Positions 39,232 through 50,164 of a DNA stretch of 50,164 bases are shown piece after piece. The notes under the pieces were generated by a model. It saw nothing but the letters and a program-made list of their open reading frames with translations. It searched no databases and was not told where the DNA came from. The stretch is from contig CAVNZM010000031.1 of NCBI GenBank assembly GCA_963693365.1, forward strand, positions 1 to 50,164. The letters are read 5' to 3'. The position numbers and the translations under genes are program-made. Each line of letters starts with the position of its first letter. Positions within the stretch are counted from its first letter, which is position 1. Source of the DNA: Amoebidium appalachense (taxonomy: Eukaryota; Protista; Ichthyosporea).

Positions 39232-39645
39232 GGGGGTGGGGTGGGGGGATGCAAAGTGTGCATGTGTGTTCCCGAATGCCTTTGTGTGTGTGTGGGGGGA
39301 GGGGGATTGTGGGGGGGGGGGGGGGGGGGGGGGGGGGGGAGGGGGGATGCAAAGTGTGCATGTGTGTTCCCGAATGCCTTTGTGTGTGTGGGGGGGGGGG
39401 GGGGGGGGGGGAGGGGGGGATGCAAAGTGTGCATGTGTGTTCCCGAATGCCTTTGTGTGTGTGGGGGGGAGGGGGATTGTGGGGGGGGGGGGGGAGGGGG
39501 GATGCAAAGTGTGCATGTGTGTTCCCGAATGCCTTTGTGTGTGTGTGGGGGGAGGGGGATTGTGGGGGGGGGGGGGGGAGGGGGGGGGATGCAAAGTGTG
39601 CATGTGTGTTCCCGAATGCCTTTGTGTGTGTGTGGGGGGAGGGGG

Positions 39646-39680
<35 letters not shown>

Positions 39681-39930
39681 GGGGGGATGCAAAGTGTGCA
39701 TGTGTGTTCCCGAATGCCTTTGTGTGTGTGTGGGGGGAGGGGGATTGGGGGGGGGGGGGGGGGGGGGGGAGGGGGGGATGCAAAGTGTGCATGTGTGTTC
39801 CCGAATGCCTTTGTGTGTGTGGGGGGGGGAGGGGGATTGGGGGGGGGGGGGGGGGGAGGGGGGATGCAAAGTGTGCATGTGTGTTCCCGAATGCCTTGGG
39901 GGGGGTGGGGGGGGGGGGGTTGGGGGGGAG
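39232..39930. repeat. Poly-G minisatellite x8 (GATGCAAAGTGTGCATGTGTGTTCCCGAATGCCTT...)
   Basis: Direct reading. Confidence 0.95.
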
Positions 39931-39933
39931 GGG

Positions 39934-40104
39934 CAATGCGTGTGCTTGCACCTGTGTTGTTTGAGTGTAGGGTCATGAGCGCAATCACCGTGCGCTTGCA
40001 CATGTGTTCTTGGAGAGATGTGTCATGAGCGCTATCACCGGGCGCTTTGTGTGTGTGTGTGGGGGGGGGGGGGGGGGGGGGGGGTGGGGGGAGGGTGCCA
40101 CGGT

Positions 40105-40151
<47 letters not shown>

Positions 40152-40264
40152 ATGCGTGTGCTTGCACCTGTGTTGTTTGAGTGTAGGGTCATGAGCGCAA
40201 TCACCGTGCGCTTGCACATGTGTTCTTGGAGAGATGTGTCATGAGCGCTATCACCGGGCGCTTT

Positions 40265-40321
<57 letters not shown>

Positions 40322-40442
40322 GGGGCAATGCGTGTGCTTGCACCTGTGTTGTTTGAGTGTAGGGTCATGAGCGCAATCACCGTGCGCTTGCACATGTGTT
40401 CTTGGAGAGATGTGTCATGAGCGCTATCACCGGGCGCTTTGT

Positions 40443-40496
<54 letters not shown>

Positions 40497-40640
40497 GGGG
40501 GGGGGGGGGGGGGGGGGGGGAGGGGCAATGCGTGTGCTTGCACCTGTGTTGTTTGAGTGTAGGGTCATGAGCGCAATCACCGTGCGCTTGCACATGTGTT
40601 CTTGGAGAGATGTGTCATGAGCGCTATCACCGGGCGCTTT

Positions 40641-40707
<67 letters not shown>

Positions 40708-40823
40708 GGGGCAATGCGTATGCTTGCACCTGTGTTGTTTGAGTGTAGGGTCATGAGCGCAATCACCGTGCGCTTGCACAGGTGTTCTTGGAGAGATGTG
40801 TCATGAGCGCTATGACCGTGCGC
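39934..40823. repeat. Higher-order array x5: two diverged about 50-bp subunits plus (TG)n plus poly-G
   Basis: caatgcgt(g/a)tgcttgcacctgtg at about 39934, 40150, 40326, 40526 and 40712. Confidence 0.93.
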
Positions 40824-41014
40824 TCTTTGTTTTGTTTTTTGGGGGAGGGGGGCTTCCCACCCTCTTGCCCGTGGCTTCTCTATTTATTTTTCATCTTTTA
40901 CGTCTTTGCCTGCACCCGGTCAAGGTGTACCTCGTGCGCTTCCTGGAGAAGCACGTGCTGGGGTGGTAGCCAGCCGGTCATCCCCAACAATTGGGACTCC
41001 TGTCAATAAACGAT

Positions 41015-41575
41015 TTCGACCAATCAGATTGAACCGGTTTCGTGCAATCAGATTTAATGTTTCGACCAATCAGATTGAACCGGTTTCGTACAATCAGATT
41101 TAATGTTTCGACCAATCAGATTGAATAGCGGGTGAATACGATTCAAGCATTATTCAAAGGTGGTCTCCGTGATTCGACCAATATTGAAATGGATGCTCCG
41201 TGGATCGAACGATATTGACTGAGGGTTCGTGTTGGTTGACCGGATATTGGCAGGGGATCGCGCGATGTTCGTTTTGGGTTCACTAGATTTGCGCCAAACA
41301 CGAGTTCGGGTTGACCGGATATTGGCAGGGGTTCGCGCGATGTTCGTTTTGGGTTCACTAGATTTGCGCCAAACACGAGTTCGGGTTGACCGGATATTGG
41401 CAGGGGTTCGCGCGATGTTCGTGTTTGGTTGACCGTTTATTGGCCAACTCTGCGCTGCTTTGACCGTTTATTGGCCAACGTGAACTCTGCGCTAGCTTCG
41501 TTGAATATTCACTACTTCGCGCTAGCTTTGACCGTTCATTGGCCAACTCTGCGCTGCTTTGACTTTTTGCCCATA
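41015..41575. repeat. CCAAT/ATTGG-containing short arrays (about 46-bp x2.5, 75-bp x2.5, TGACCGTTTATTGGCCAAC x3)
   Basis: Direct reading. Confidence 0.8.
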
Positions 41576-41585
41576 GCTTCTTTAT

Positions 41586-41942
41586 TTATTTTTCGTCTTT
41601 TACGTCTTTGCTCGCGTCGTCCCCCCAAATCAACTGCAACGTGTCCTCTTCGGTTGTAAGCGTGATGTTCAGCGACGTGATGGTTTGCACGGCAATCCTG
41701 TACACGTCTGCCGGCGCATAGTCGAACAGGTGGATCCGCGGTTGGCGGTCGGGGTAGTAGTGGCTGTATGCGAGCACGTTTCCGATCGCCTCTATCCAGT
41801 CGCCCACACGCCGCACCTCGATGACGTGTGTGCTCGTCAGCACGTCGATCCGCCCGGCCCGCGTGGGCACCCCGCACACCCCGTCCTCGGCCTTGGCCAG
41901 CCTCTCGCGCACGAACGCCTCGTCGTAGCCTACCGCGGACAT
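41586..41942 (-). CDS. Stand-alone PD-(D/E)XK-like protein, paralogue of the 1051..1842 N-terminus
   Basis: YDEAFVRERLA...GRIDVLTSTHVIEVR...W.EAIGNVLAY..Y.PD..PRIHLFD...DTLQLIW. Confidence 0.8.
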   Translation of the reverse strand: MSAVGYDEAFVRERLAKAEDGVCGVPTRAGRIDVLTSTHVIEVRRVGDWIEAIGNVLAYSHYYPDRQPRIHLFDYAPADVYRIAVQTITSLNITLTTEEDTLQLIWGDDASKDVKDEK

Positions 41943-42116
41943 CCTATACCAGGGCGCAAAAAAAAACGCGTGCCTCGCGTGCCCCCCAAGCCTCGCATGC
42001 CACCCAAGCCCCCCCCCCCTTGCGCTAGTGGTTTGGTCTAAATTGAGGTCTCCTGCTAACTATCTTGCACACTAGGGTCACTGAGAGAAAAAAAATTAAT
42101 CTAGTGCAATTGCAAG

Positions 42117-43304
42117 ATGCTGAAAGTGAGAATAGCTCGCAACGTCGAAGACAGCACTCTGCATAATGCAAGGGAAGCGACCAAAGAGAACAAGTACGTG
42201 TGTGGCGACTGTGGAGTGCCAGTGATTTTACGGAGAGGTACTGTGCGGGTGCCGCACTTTGCACACACAAGCAATGTGAACCGCCCATGCGCATTTGCCG
42301 GTGGTGAAGGAGCGAGCCACAACCTCGGCAAAGAGATTGTTCGAAACGCAATAGCCAATGGGTGTCTGGAAATTGTATGCAAGAACCATCCGGAGTCCAG
42401 GTCGAGGCCTGTTGGAGAGCCGAATTTGGAGTATGGAGTGTGCTACGACGACCATAAATTCTTCCTCGACATTGGCGTTTTGCAGGGGTCGGATCTCACT
42501 GCAGCAGTTGAGGTATATCACACCCACGCGACAGGCCTGGAGAAGCACGTGCTGTTACATGAGCTATGCGGCAGAGTACACGAAGTGAAAACCAAGGAAA
42601 TAATGGAGCGGTATGAAAGTAGTGGAATGCTAAGTCTCACAGACGTGGGTCGGTGTTTCTGGTGCTCCCAGTGCACATCGAGGTGCATGCATTGCAAGCA
42701 AGTTTGGATCCGTGAAGGGTTGTGTACAACATGTAGGGCGCTGCCAGTGTGCCCCTGTGGGAAACTGATGGATCCCACCCAACCCAGAGACTACTGCGGG
42801 CTCTCCTGCCCCAAGATGCCGAGGTGCCCCAATTGCAAAACTCCCAATGGCCTCGTTGGTTCAGGGTATTGCGGCCGGTGTGACCTATTGCCTGCTTGCT
42901 CAGGGGGCTGTGAAGGTTGCGTCCGACGGGTAGAAGAGGTGGATGCAACAAAAAAGTGTGACGGTTGTTCCAAGGGACTCAGATTGGCCTTATGTGTCAA
43001 TTGTTCATGGGATTTTAGGGGGCGGACACGGTTCTGTAATGATTGCACGAGGCATTACAAGACATGCTGTCGTTGTGGACAGCGCGCCATCAGCCTGGAC
43101 ACCAGAAAGTGGATGGTCAAAACGGGGCGCAAGGTCCACTGCGACTTGTGTTGGAGACAAGTAGGCAGGCCATGTGCCGGCCAAAAATGCCCTCACCGCC
43201 GCGGCAACAAGCCAGCTTGGTTTCCGACGTGTTCAATGATCACAAACGGTCCAAGACAATGGCACTGCAAGGACTGCCATCAGCAGTTTCTGCAAGGATT
43301 GTAA
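42117..43304 (+). CDS. CoiA-like zinc-finger/restriction-fold nuclease with a long Cys-rich C-terminus
   Basis: CGDC..PVILRRG..RVPHFAH...C...GEGASH..GK, then LDIGV...AVEVYHTH, followed by many CxxC pairs. Confidence 0.78.
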   Translation: MLKVRIARNVEDSTLHNAREATKENKYVCGDCGVPVILRRGTVRVPHFAHTSNVNRPCAFAGGEGASHNLGKEIVRNAIANGCLEIVCKNHPESRSRPVGEPNLEYGVCYDDHKFFLDIGVLQGSDLTAAVEVYHTHATGLEKHVLLHELCGRVHEVKTKEIMERYESSGMLSLTDVGRCFWCSQCTSRCMHCKQVWIREGLCTTCRALPVCPCGKLMDPTQPRDYCGLSCPKMPRCPNCKTPNGLVGSGYCGRCDLLPACSGGCEGCVRRVEEVDATKKCDGCSKGLRLALCVNCSWDFRGRTRFCNDCTRHYKTCCRCGQRAISLDTRKWMVKTGRKVHCDLCWRQVGRPCAGQKCPHRRGNKPAWFPTCSMITNGPRQWHCKDCHQQFLQGL

Positions 43305-43327
43305 ATAGCGGCCTTATGCCCTTCGGT

Positions 43328-43837
43328 TTATTTGCTTTGCTCCTCAGAGGGGAGTTTGCTTTGAGTGATTGCATGATCATCAGGCTTGTGACGTGTGCGG
43401 ATGTGATAGTGGAGTGCGGAAAGGTGCCGATAAGTTTTACTACAAGCGCTGCATACAAATGGACGTTCGCCTGTGTGCTTTCGTTCATGGCAGAATCTGA
43501 TGACGGAGATCTTGTATTTGTAGGTCTTATCGCACCCAGGCCACGTACACCTGTAAGCTGTTGTCTCTCTGTGCACGCTTCTTTGATGTCTGCGGAATGG
43601 GCTTGGATGTCTGAATTGCTTGCCGCACGTGTCACATCGAAATGGTGTTTCCTGGTTATGCTTATACCGGTGAATTTGTAGTGATGCGGGTGTAGTGTAG
43701 GCTGCAGTACAATTAACGTGGTCACATCTGTATGGCCTCCCCAAGTGTAGGTGCATGTGAGTCTTTAAGTGGGGCTTCTGCTTGAAGGACCAGTGGCAGC
43801 CAGGCCAAGTGCACTTGAATACACGTGTGCTGTCCAT
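43328..43837 (-). CDS. C2H2 zinc-finger protein (5 fingers)
   Basis: CTWPGC..HMHLH, CDHVNC..HRYKH, CDTC..HQRSVH, CTWPGC..HERKH, TGERPF, CSAC..HIRTRH. Confidence 0.92.
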   Translation of the reverse strand: MDSTRVFKCTWPGCHWSFKQKPHLKTHMHLHLGRPYRCDHVNCTAAYTTPASLQIHRYKHNQETPFRCDTCGKQFRHPSPFRRHQRSVHRETTAYRCTWPGCDKTYKYKISVIRFCHERKHTGERPFVCSACSKTYRHLSALHYHIRTRHKPDDHAITQSKLPSEEQSK

Positions 43838-44282
43838 CGTATAAAACTACATATAATATTTTGACCCAGACACGTGCACTCACTTTATGTTAACATCCAT
43901 CGGCCAACCGTTTCAAACACCACCCGATTGTTTCGAACTGTTTGTATTAAAAAAAATCTGAGGGAAAATCGAATCCGGAAAACGGATTCCCCCACTACAA
44001 TAAACACAATCTCCCGTAAATTTGAATTTAAAAACCTAAAATAAAACACTAAAACACTTGGTACACTTCGGTTGGGGTTCGGTGAGGGGTGATGATAAAA
44101 TATAATGGGCACGCTGTGTGTTGTGTGTCCTGGACCCCTCAGAAATCACTTCGAAGTGTTCCCCTTGAATGGACCAATCAAAACACACCCCACACCTCAA
44201 CAGCCAATGAAATCGCTCAGTCTAGTGTTTCGGAAGTGTGTTCAAGTGTTTTCGTCCATTTCACAAGTGTTTGGTATGTATC

Positions 44283-46323
44283 CTATTTGTAGGCGAGGAT
44301 CGCTTGCTTGTTGAAGCGATATGCCATTGTCCTTGCTGACATGGGGCAGCCCACACTCACACTCCTCCCATCAACCGACCTGCGCTCCCCAAGAACCTTC
44401 TTAAGTGTCGAGCCTAGCCTCTTGGATCCCACCACGCGTGCCGCATCCATGCCATTTGTGGTTGCCCACTCGCGCATACGAACGGCCATTCCATCTGTCG
44501 TTACCCATGCACCATCTTCAATAACCAGGTGTTCCACTGCCTCGTCGTCGCGCGCCAGATCCTTCAAGAATTGTACCTCCAAGGGAAGACTTTTTTCCAT
44601 TAGCTCACGATGCAGCTCGGTGCTGGGGGGACGGTGCATTGTGATTGGAACGCCTGGGACATTCATCAGAAATTGGTAGAGCGCCTCTTGGACCAGCGGG
44701 TTGCTGTGATGCTCGACAAATGCTCTGTAGTAGTCCATCTGTCCGACACGCAGCGGGGAGGCCTCCAGGCAAATGAATCGGCGATCCGATGATTCAATCT
44801 TCACGGGCCAATCCTCGTTTGAAAGAAAAGCGTAGCGCTCATATGTAGTGGACTGCATTGCGTCAACACCCTTTTTCTCCAGTACTGTTTCCTCCTGGGT
44901 GATCAGGCTCTTGATAAGGTTGTTCACTTCATGAGCGCCACCAAACACGCATTCATCAACAACAGCAAAGAGCTTGTTGCATAGATGTGCGTTGAACTTG
45001 CTGGAAATGTGCTCTTTGTTCTTAACATCCACAAAGTACTGCTTTCCGACGAGTGGCTTGAGAACATTGAACCAAATGTTCTTTCCTGTCCCTTGGACTG
45101 AGCGAACAAGAATTGCTGTTCCGGGTTTGGACGCTGGGTGTTGGAAAACATGAGCAACCCATGTGAGGAGATAGTCAAAACAAGCCTCATCCCCCGCGCA
45201 GAGTATCTCAAATGCATGGGTGAGAAACAGCTCGACAGGATGCCCTGTGCCCACTCCCCTCTGTGCCAGGACGGAAGCCGTGTTGGGTGGTGGAATGCGC
45301 CCAGGCGGGTACGGGACTGTTGGAGAACTTGGTCCGTTGTAGCAGAAGTCCCTCTTGTACTTGTATGGAAAGCCACGGAAAAGGTTGAACCTGCGATGGC
45401 TTGGATCCAGGTAGTCTTCCTCTACGGATCCTGTTTTAGGGTCGGGTGATGACGGATCGAAGACAGCGCAAGCGTACGTGAGAATGTCGTTTCCAGTCAT
45501 GAAATCCACGCCGGTGTACTTGCGCTTCTGGGACATCCCTGATTCCTTGTCAATATCCGTGTATTCTATCACAATCTTCTCCATCGTTGCCTTTGTGGTT
45601 TCTCGGTTGTAAACGTCAAGCTCGTAGATCTTGCGTTCGTAGTTGTACTTGCGCATGATGTATGAGTTTGTGTTCTTAATGTAGGCGGCATGGTGACGGA
45701 GAAACTTCATGACATCTAACCGATCCCACGAGTCTGGAATGTACCCCCACATCGAGCTGTAACCCATCGGTGGATTGGGACCCTCAATCTCAAATGTGTC
45801 GAATAGCTTACGAAGCTGTTTGTTTCTGTCGATTGTTTTGGTGAGAGCCTCTTTCTTCTTTTCCACAACTTCCGTCGTTGTCTTTGGAAATTCAAAACTA
45901 CCAAAAACCTCTGTCTGGCTGTTGACTTTGTCCCAACGGTTGATGTCATCCCATGACACTATGGGACTCATGGACAGCTTGTTCTCTGGTGGGAACTTAT
46001 CCCTTGCCCAGTTTTTCAGGGCGACACGATTGGGACCTGGTGGTTTAAACCTGGCATTGCTGTGCACATGGGCGGTTCGGGTGCGTTTGGTGACCCTAGT
46101 AGTGATCTCGGCATATTGCACCCCAAATGCCGTGTCCAAGGAGCGATGAAGGTCTTCGTGGGAAAACGGGGGCGTTGTCAACTAGCATGCTCTCTGCGCG
46201 CTCCTTGGAGAAGATGCTGAAGAACCAGTCGGTGTGTCTACCACGTAAGGAAGACCCCTGGTGTGCCTGGGGCGGCTGTTCGGCACCCTCGCAACAAACG
46301 GTTTCCTGTTCTGTGGGGTTCAT
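44283..46323 (-). CDS. D5-like superfamily 3 helicase paralogue 3; probable +1 frameshift near 46100-46180
   Basis: VFDPSSPDPKTG, FNLFRG, QGTGKN, AVVDE, LEKKGVDA, FLSN and DRRF. The main frame starts at a TTG just after a stop. A GGTATAAAAGG (minus strand, about 46374-46384) precedes ATG 46323 in the adjacent frame. Confidence 0.88.
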
Positions 46324-46526
46324 GGTTACTATGGTACTAGATAATATTTGATGGCTGTCAGCCCTGTCCATCCCCTTTTATACCTTTTGCCTCCCGCCCC
46401 CTTTTCCCTCCCCCCGGGGGCCCTGGGTGGCTGGGGGTGGCTGGGGGTGGCTGGGGGTGGCTGGGGGTGGCCCACGAGCAGAACGCGGCTGGGGGCGGCA
46501 CGCGAATTTTATGTGTGCGGTATGTG

Positions 46527-46940
46527 ATGACGGACACCGAGCTTGAGTTTGCACGGAACATGGTCGTATACGAGCTGGCCGACCGGCTGGAAGGCGTCGA
46601 GGACACGCTCACCAAGGTCGGGCGCATCGACGTGCTGACGGACCACCAGATCGTCCAGGTCGAGCAGCTGGCCGACTGGAAGACCGCCATGGCGAACGTG
46701 CTGGCGAACCACCACTTCCACCCCGACAAGGAGATGCGCGTGCACCTGTTCAACCACGGCCCGCCCGTGCCAGCCGAAACCATCGCGCACGCCATGAGGA
46801 TCATGGACAAGCACGAGATCATGGTGACGTGCGAGGAGGACATCCTGTACGGGCTGTTTCCGGTTGGGCCCCACAGTGCCCCCCCACCCGTGCACACGGC
46901 ACCCGCCGCTGCGCCAGAGGCTCGGAAGTCCGGGCGTTGA
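46527..46940 (+). CDS. Degenerate PD-(D/E)XK-like paralogue
   Basis: GRIDVLTDHQIVQVEQLADWKTAMANVLA...PD...RVHLF. The ExK is replaced by QxE. Confidence 0.78.
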   Translation: MTDTELEFARNMVVYELADRLEGVEDTLTKVGRIDVLTDHQIVQVEQLADWKTAMANVLANHHFHPDKEMRVHLFNHGPPVPAETIAHAMRIMDKHEIMVTCEEDILYGLFPVGPHSAPPPVHTAPAAAPEARKSGR

Positions 46941-47140
46941 TGGCGTGACACCTCCCCGGGGCGCGGGTGGCTGGGGGTGGCTGTGGGGGGCTGTGGGGGG
47001 CACACGAGGAACAATAAAGGAAGCACGAACACACAAGGCGCGAGGCGTGCGAGGCACACGGGCACACGCACACACCACACAAGGTACCCGCCAGCCGCCC
47101 CAGCGCCTCGCAGGGCGGCTTTTCTCTTGAGATCACGACT

Positions 47141-48110
47141 TTATTTGGTCGTGTGGCGGCCTGGAGTTGACACGGCACCCTTTCTCCTGAACACGTAGAT
47201 GGGCTCGTAGTCCAGCCTACCAGCAACCCCTGAGCCGGGCCGGACGGCTATGGGCATGCGGTGTTTGGTGTACAGGGGCCAGCCCAGGCCTGCCATGTGC
47301 CTGCACATCCTCCTTTCGGTGATGCTCTGGCGTATGTTGATGAGGACAAAGCCATCCGCGTCCATGTGCGCCACGACCTTTTCAAGCATGGGGATGTAGA
47401 ACCTGGCCCACCAGTCTTCGTAGTCGCAGTAGGCTGGCATGTTTGCGTAGCACTCTATTTTGTAGTATGGTGGACTCGTGAAGGCGCAGTCGAACTTGCC
47501 GTGCACGGCCGCGGCCTCGAACGGGGCCCACTTTGTATCCACGTGGAGCGCTTGTGCCCCGCGCTTGCCTGCGGTGTTGTATGCTGCCAGCAGATCCCGG
47601 TAGGCACCTGCCATGTCGACGTTGCTGTCGACACCGTAGTAGTGTGTGACGTGTGGGCTGGCCAGGGCTGCCAGCAGACGGTTGCCCCACCCCATGCATG
47701 GGTCGAGGACGCGTCCCTTGAGAACAGTAGGTGGAGTAGAGCTGCTTGACAACAGCAGGCTTGAACTGACCAGGCACGCCAAAGTTTATGGAGGCTGCAT
47801 TTTGGATGTGACGGCCTGGATTTCTGGCCTGTGCCTTGAGCAGGCTTGCTCTACCCTCCCTGGTGCGCAAACAGTCATAGACACTGGGACGGGGTGTACC
47901 CCCCTCGTGGTAACGGGAAGCCCTGAAGCGGTGTTTGGCGAGGTAGACGTCTGCCGCCTTCAGGCCGACTCTGCTTTGCGTAGTTGGTGATCCTTTTCGG
48001 AGGGGTGGTGGGGTCCAGCGCACAAGACCCGCAAAGTCCCTCTGACCATCCGCACGCGAGTACTTTTGAACAACTTTTGTGTATGCGAGGTCTGCGCCAT
48101 GCATTTCCAT
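47141..48110 (-). pseudogene. Amino (N4-C/N6-A) DNA methyltransferase split by a +1 frameshift near 47715-47735
   Basis: Frame 1 from ATG 48110 reaches QFKPAVVKQLY. Frame 2 has VLDPCMGWGNRLLAA (SAM-binding motif I), YYGVD and FTSPPYY (motif IV). Confidence 0.85.
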
Positions 48111-48507
48111 AATATGCAATAAAATGACACGACCACTCAAATCAAACGAGGAGAATCCCCCCCCCCACCGGGCCCTGGGTGGCTGGGGGTGGCTGTGGGG
48201 GGCACACGAGGAACAATAAAGGAAGCACGAACACGTTCTGCGCGCGAGGCATGCGAGGCATGCGAGGCAGACGAGGCACCCCCAGCCACCCCCAGCCACC
48301 CCCAGCCCCTCCCAGCCCCTCCCAGCCCCCCACGCCCCGCGCAGGGCCGCAGTACGAAGAAGAAATCAAAAGCTTTTGAGATTTGGCGATCCCTCAAGTT
48401 CTTTCAAGTCAAGCATGCTCACCAACCTGCCCCCAGCACGACCGAGGGGCGCCACGCGCAGGTATAAAAGGCGCACACACAGCCAACTGGGGTCAGTCTG
48501 ACACAGG

Positions 48508-48936
48508 ATGGCTACCGGACAGACCAACTCAAAGGTGGACATGTCGCTTCTGTGGAGGGAGTTCCCCCAGTTCAAGGATGCTACTGTTCGCATCGACCAA
48601 GACACCAAGATGGCAAGTGTCCTCGATGTTCTGCAGCTGATCTTGGAGAGCAACGAAGCGGCCAAGAAGTCGTGGCAGCGAATCCAGTTGTCCGAAGACT
48701 ACAAACAACTTGAGGAAAAGATGGGGACTCTGTGTCCCCAAGTCCGGATCAATGGCACTGGCAAACTTACCCCCGTTGCCCCCGTCCGCACCCTCATCGA
48801 GATCATCTTACTTCTTCCCGGCAAGCGCGCGCACCATGTTCGCATGAGCAGTATCAATTTTATCAAGCGCCTGATGTCCAACAAAGTAAATTCCAGTCCT
48901 GAAGTCAAAAGAAGGGAAGTCAAACAGAAGGTATAA
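48508..48936 (+). CDS. BRO-N-like DNA-binding domain protein
   Basis: ASVLDVLQL...W.RI...RINGTGKLTPVA...LIEIILLLPGKRA. GGTATAAAAGG at about 48461. Confidence 0.75.
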   Translation: MATGQTNSKVDMSLLWREFPQFKDATVRIDQDTKMASVLDVLQLILESNEAAKKSWQRIQLSEDYKQLEEKMGTLCPQVRINGTGKLTPVAPVRTLIEIILLLPGKRAHHVRMSSINFIKRLMSNKVNSSPEVKRREVKQKV

Positions 48937-48977
48937 AAGGACCCAACACACACCACAATACCTCAGTCTCGCAAAGC

Positions 48978-50129
48978 ATGATCGAACACACCGATCTTCA
49001 CTTGTCCGGAAACGCCGCTAAAGGCGACACAATTTGCATAGGCAACCATGTCATTCGAGTGTGTGAGATTGATGGTGTGAAGATGGCGAGTCTCGTGGAC
49101 TACACAATGCTGGTGCGTGGTTTGGACAGGAATGCAGCAGGTAACTATTTGCGTCGTTTTTTTGAAGATCAATCACTAAAACACCCCCTAAAAAGAAGTG
49201 ATTGCCACTTTGGTACTGGGGGAAAAGCCTCTCCTGGTGTTCCTGCAACTTCATTGGTCAAGTTGACGTTCAAGATCGCATCTGGGTCCCGCTATGGTTC
49301 CGCGATCATCGACAAGTGGGCCCGAGACATAGCGCGCCTGGAAGGTGGAGACGAAACACTCGTGGAGGACATCGAGCGCAACCGTGCCACGGCAGCGGCC
49401 AACCCGTCAGGACCCAACGCTTTCATGCGCGACAGTGTGAGGGGGGAAATGGGTGCGGCCGGCACCCCCGAGAGGGAGCCCAAGAGACTGAAGCTCGGAG
49501 ACATCACCCAGTTCATGACCAACCAGGCCGAGATGGAAACTGCTCTGAGTCTGTACAAGGAGGCGCGCATCGCCGAATCTGCTCAGTACACGGAGATCAT
49601 GATGATGCGCGAGCAGGCTGCTCTGATCCGGGAGGAGCGCCTGAAACTCGAGGTGCAGTGTCGGCTTCTGGAACTTCAGACCACAGACAATCTCAAGCAG
49701 GACCACATTCTATCGGAATTCGAGGATGCCAGTGATGAGCTGCGCCGGGTCACCAACCACGTGTGCACCAAGCAGCAGTCCGGTATCTACGTGTTTGTGT
49801 CCGAGTATGGCGACCCGCCCTGTCTGAAGATCGGCAAGAGCCTGAAGGACGTGAAGGCCCGCATGAAGCAGGCCGGTACGTGGCATGTGGGGCCCAACAA
49901 GCGCCTGCTCTTTGCGCTTCCCGTGCCGTCCGAGCAGCTGGCGCTTGCAGAGAAGTGCCTGCACACAGCACTCAAACACAAGAACGTCGAGCGCGAGCTG
50001 TTCCGTGTGGACTTTGTGACTTTTGCTGCTTCCATGCTGGAGATGGCGAGGGAGCACATGGAGGACGACTTGACAAGGGACCTCGTCATCAGCGTGTTCA
50101 AGAAAGCCAGCCAGGAGCAAGCACAGTAG
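48978..50129 (+). CDS. BRO-N-like + GIY-YIG (T5orf172) protein; close paralogue of 8143..9324
   Basis: Long identical blocks shared with 7558..9324, for example VPATSLVKLTFKIAS, NPSGPNAFMRDSVRGEM and CTKQQSGIYVFVSEYGDPPCLKIG. Confidence 0.85.
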   Translation: MIEHTDLHLSGNAAKGDTICIGNHVIRVCEIDGVKMASLVDYTMLVRGLDRNAAGNYLRRFFEDQSLKHPLKRSDCHFGTGGKASPGVPATSLVKLTFKIASGSRYGSAIIDKWARDIARLEGGDETLVEDIERNRATAAANPSGPNAFMRDSVRGEMGAAGTPEREPKRLKLGDITQFMTNQAEMETALSLYKEARIAESAQYTEIMMMREQAALIREERLKLEVQCRLLELQTTDNLKQDHILSEFEDASDELRRVTNHVCTKQQSGIYVFVSEYGDPPCLKIGKSLKDVKARMKQAGTWHVGPNKRLLFALPVPSEQLALAEKCLHTALKHKNVERELFRVDFVTFAASMLEMAREHMEDDLTRDLVISVFKKASQEQAQ

Positions 50130-50164
50130 CCCCACGACATACATTCAAAGTTTCGTTTCTTCAA

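Noticed and set aside
39053-40766. Gly/Cys- or Pro-rich ORFs
   Set aside because: Repeat translations with no unique coding content.

Overview
Eukaryote-type DNA (CA/GA microsatellites, GT-AG introns with CTAAC branch points, TATA and CCAAT promoters) densely loaded with genes typical of large DNA viruses. The most likely reading is part of a giant endogenous viral element or a nuclear-replicating large DNA virus, but no capsid, polB or packaging ATPase hallmark lies in the window, so the lineage cannot be fixed. The two ends (1-14 kb and 41.5-50 kb) carry a similar compact, intronless gene set: three primase-less D5-like SF3 helicases (one is missing from the ORF track and runs off the left edge), three small PD-(D/E)XK-like proteins, two C2H2 zinc-finger proteins, KilA-N/BRO-like/T5orf172 proteins, a YqaJ exonuclease, a patatin, a CoiA-like nuclease and an amino-DNA methyltransferase. 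The centre (16-41 kb) is rich in tandem arrays, including a 134-bp CCAAT array, poly-G arrays and an inverted array pair around a 616-aa orphan. It also hides a 7-exon KDM4-like JmjN/JmjC histone demethylase with its catalytic residues intact, reconstructed by hand. Several genes are split by single frameshifts. All family assignments come from motif recognition by eye; no searches were run.
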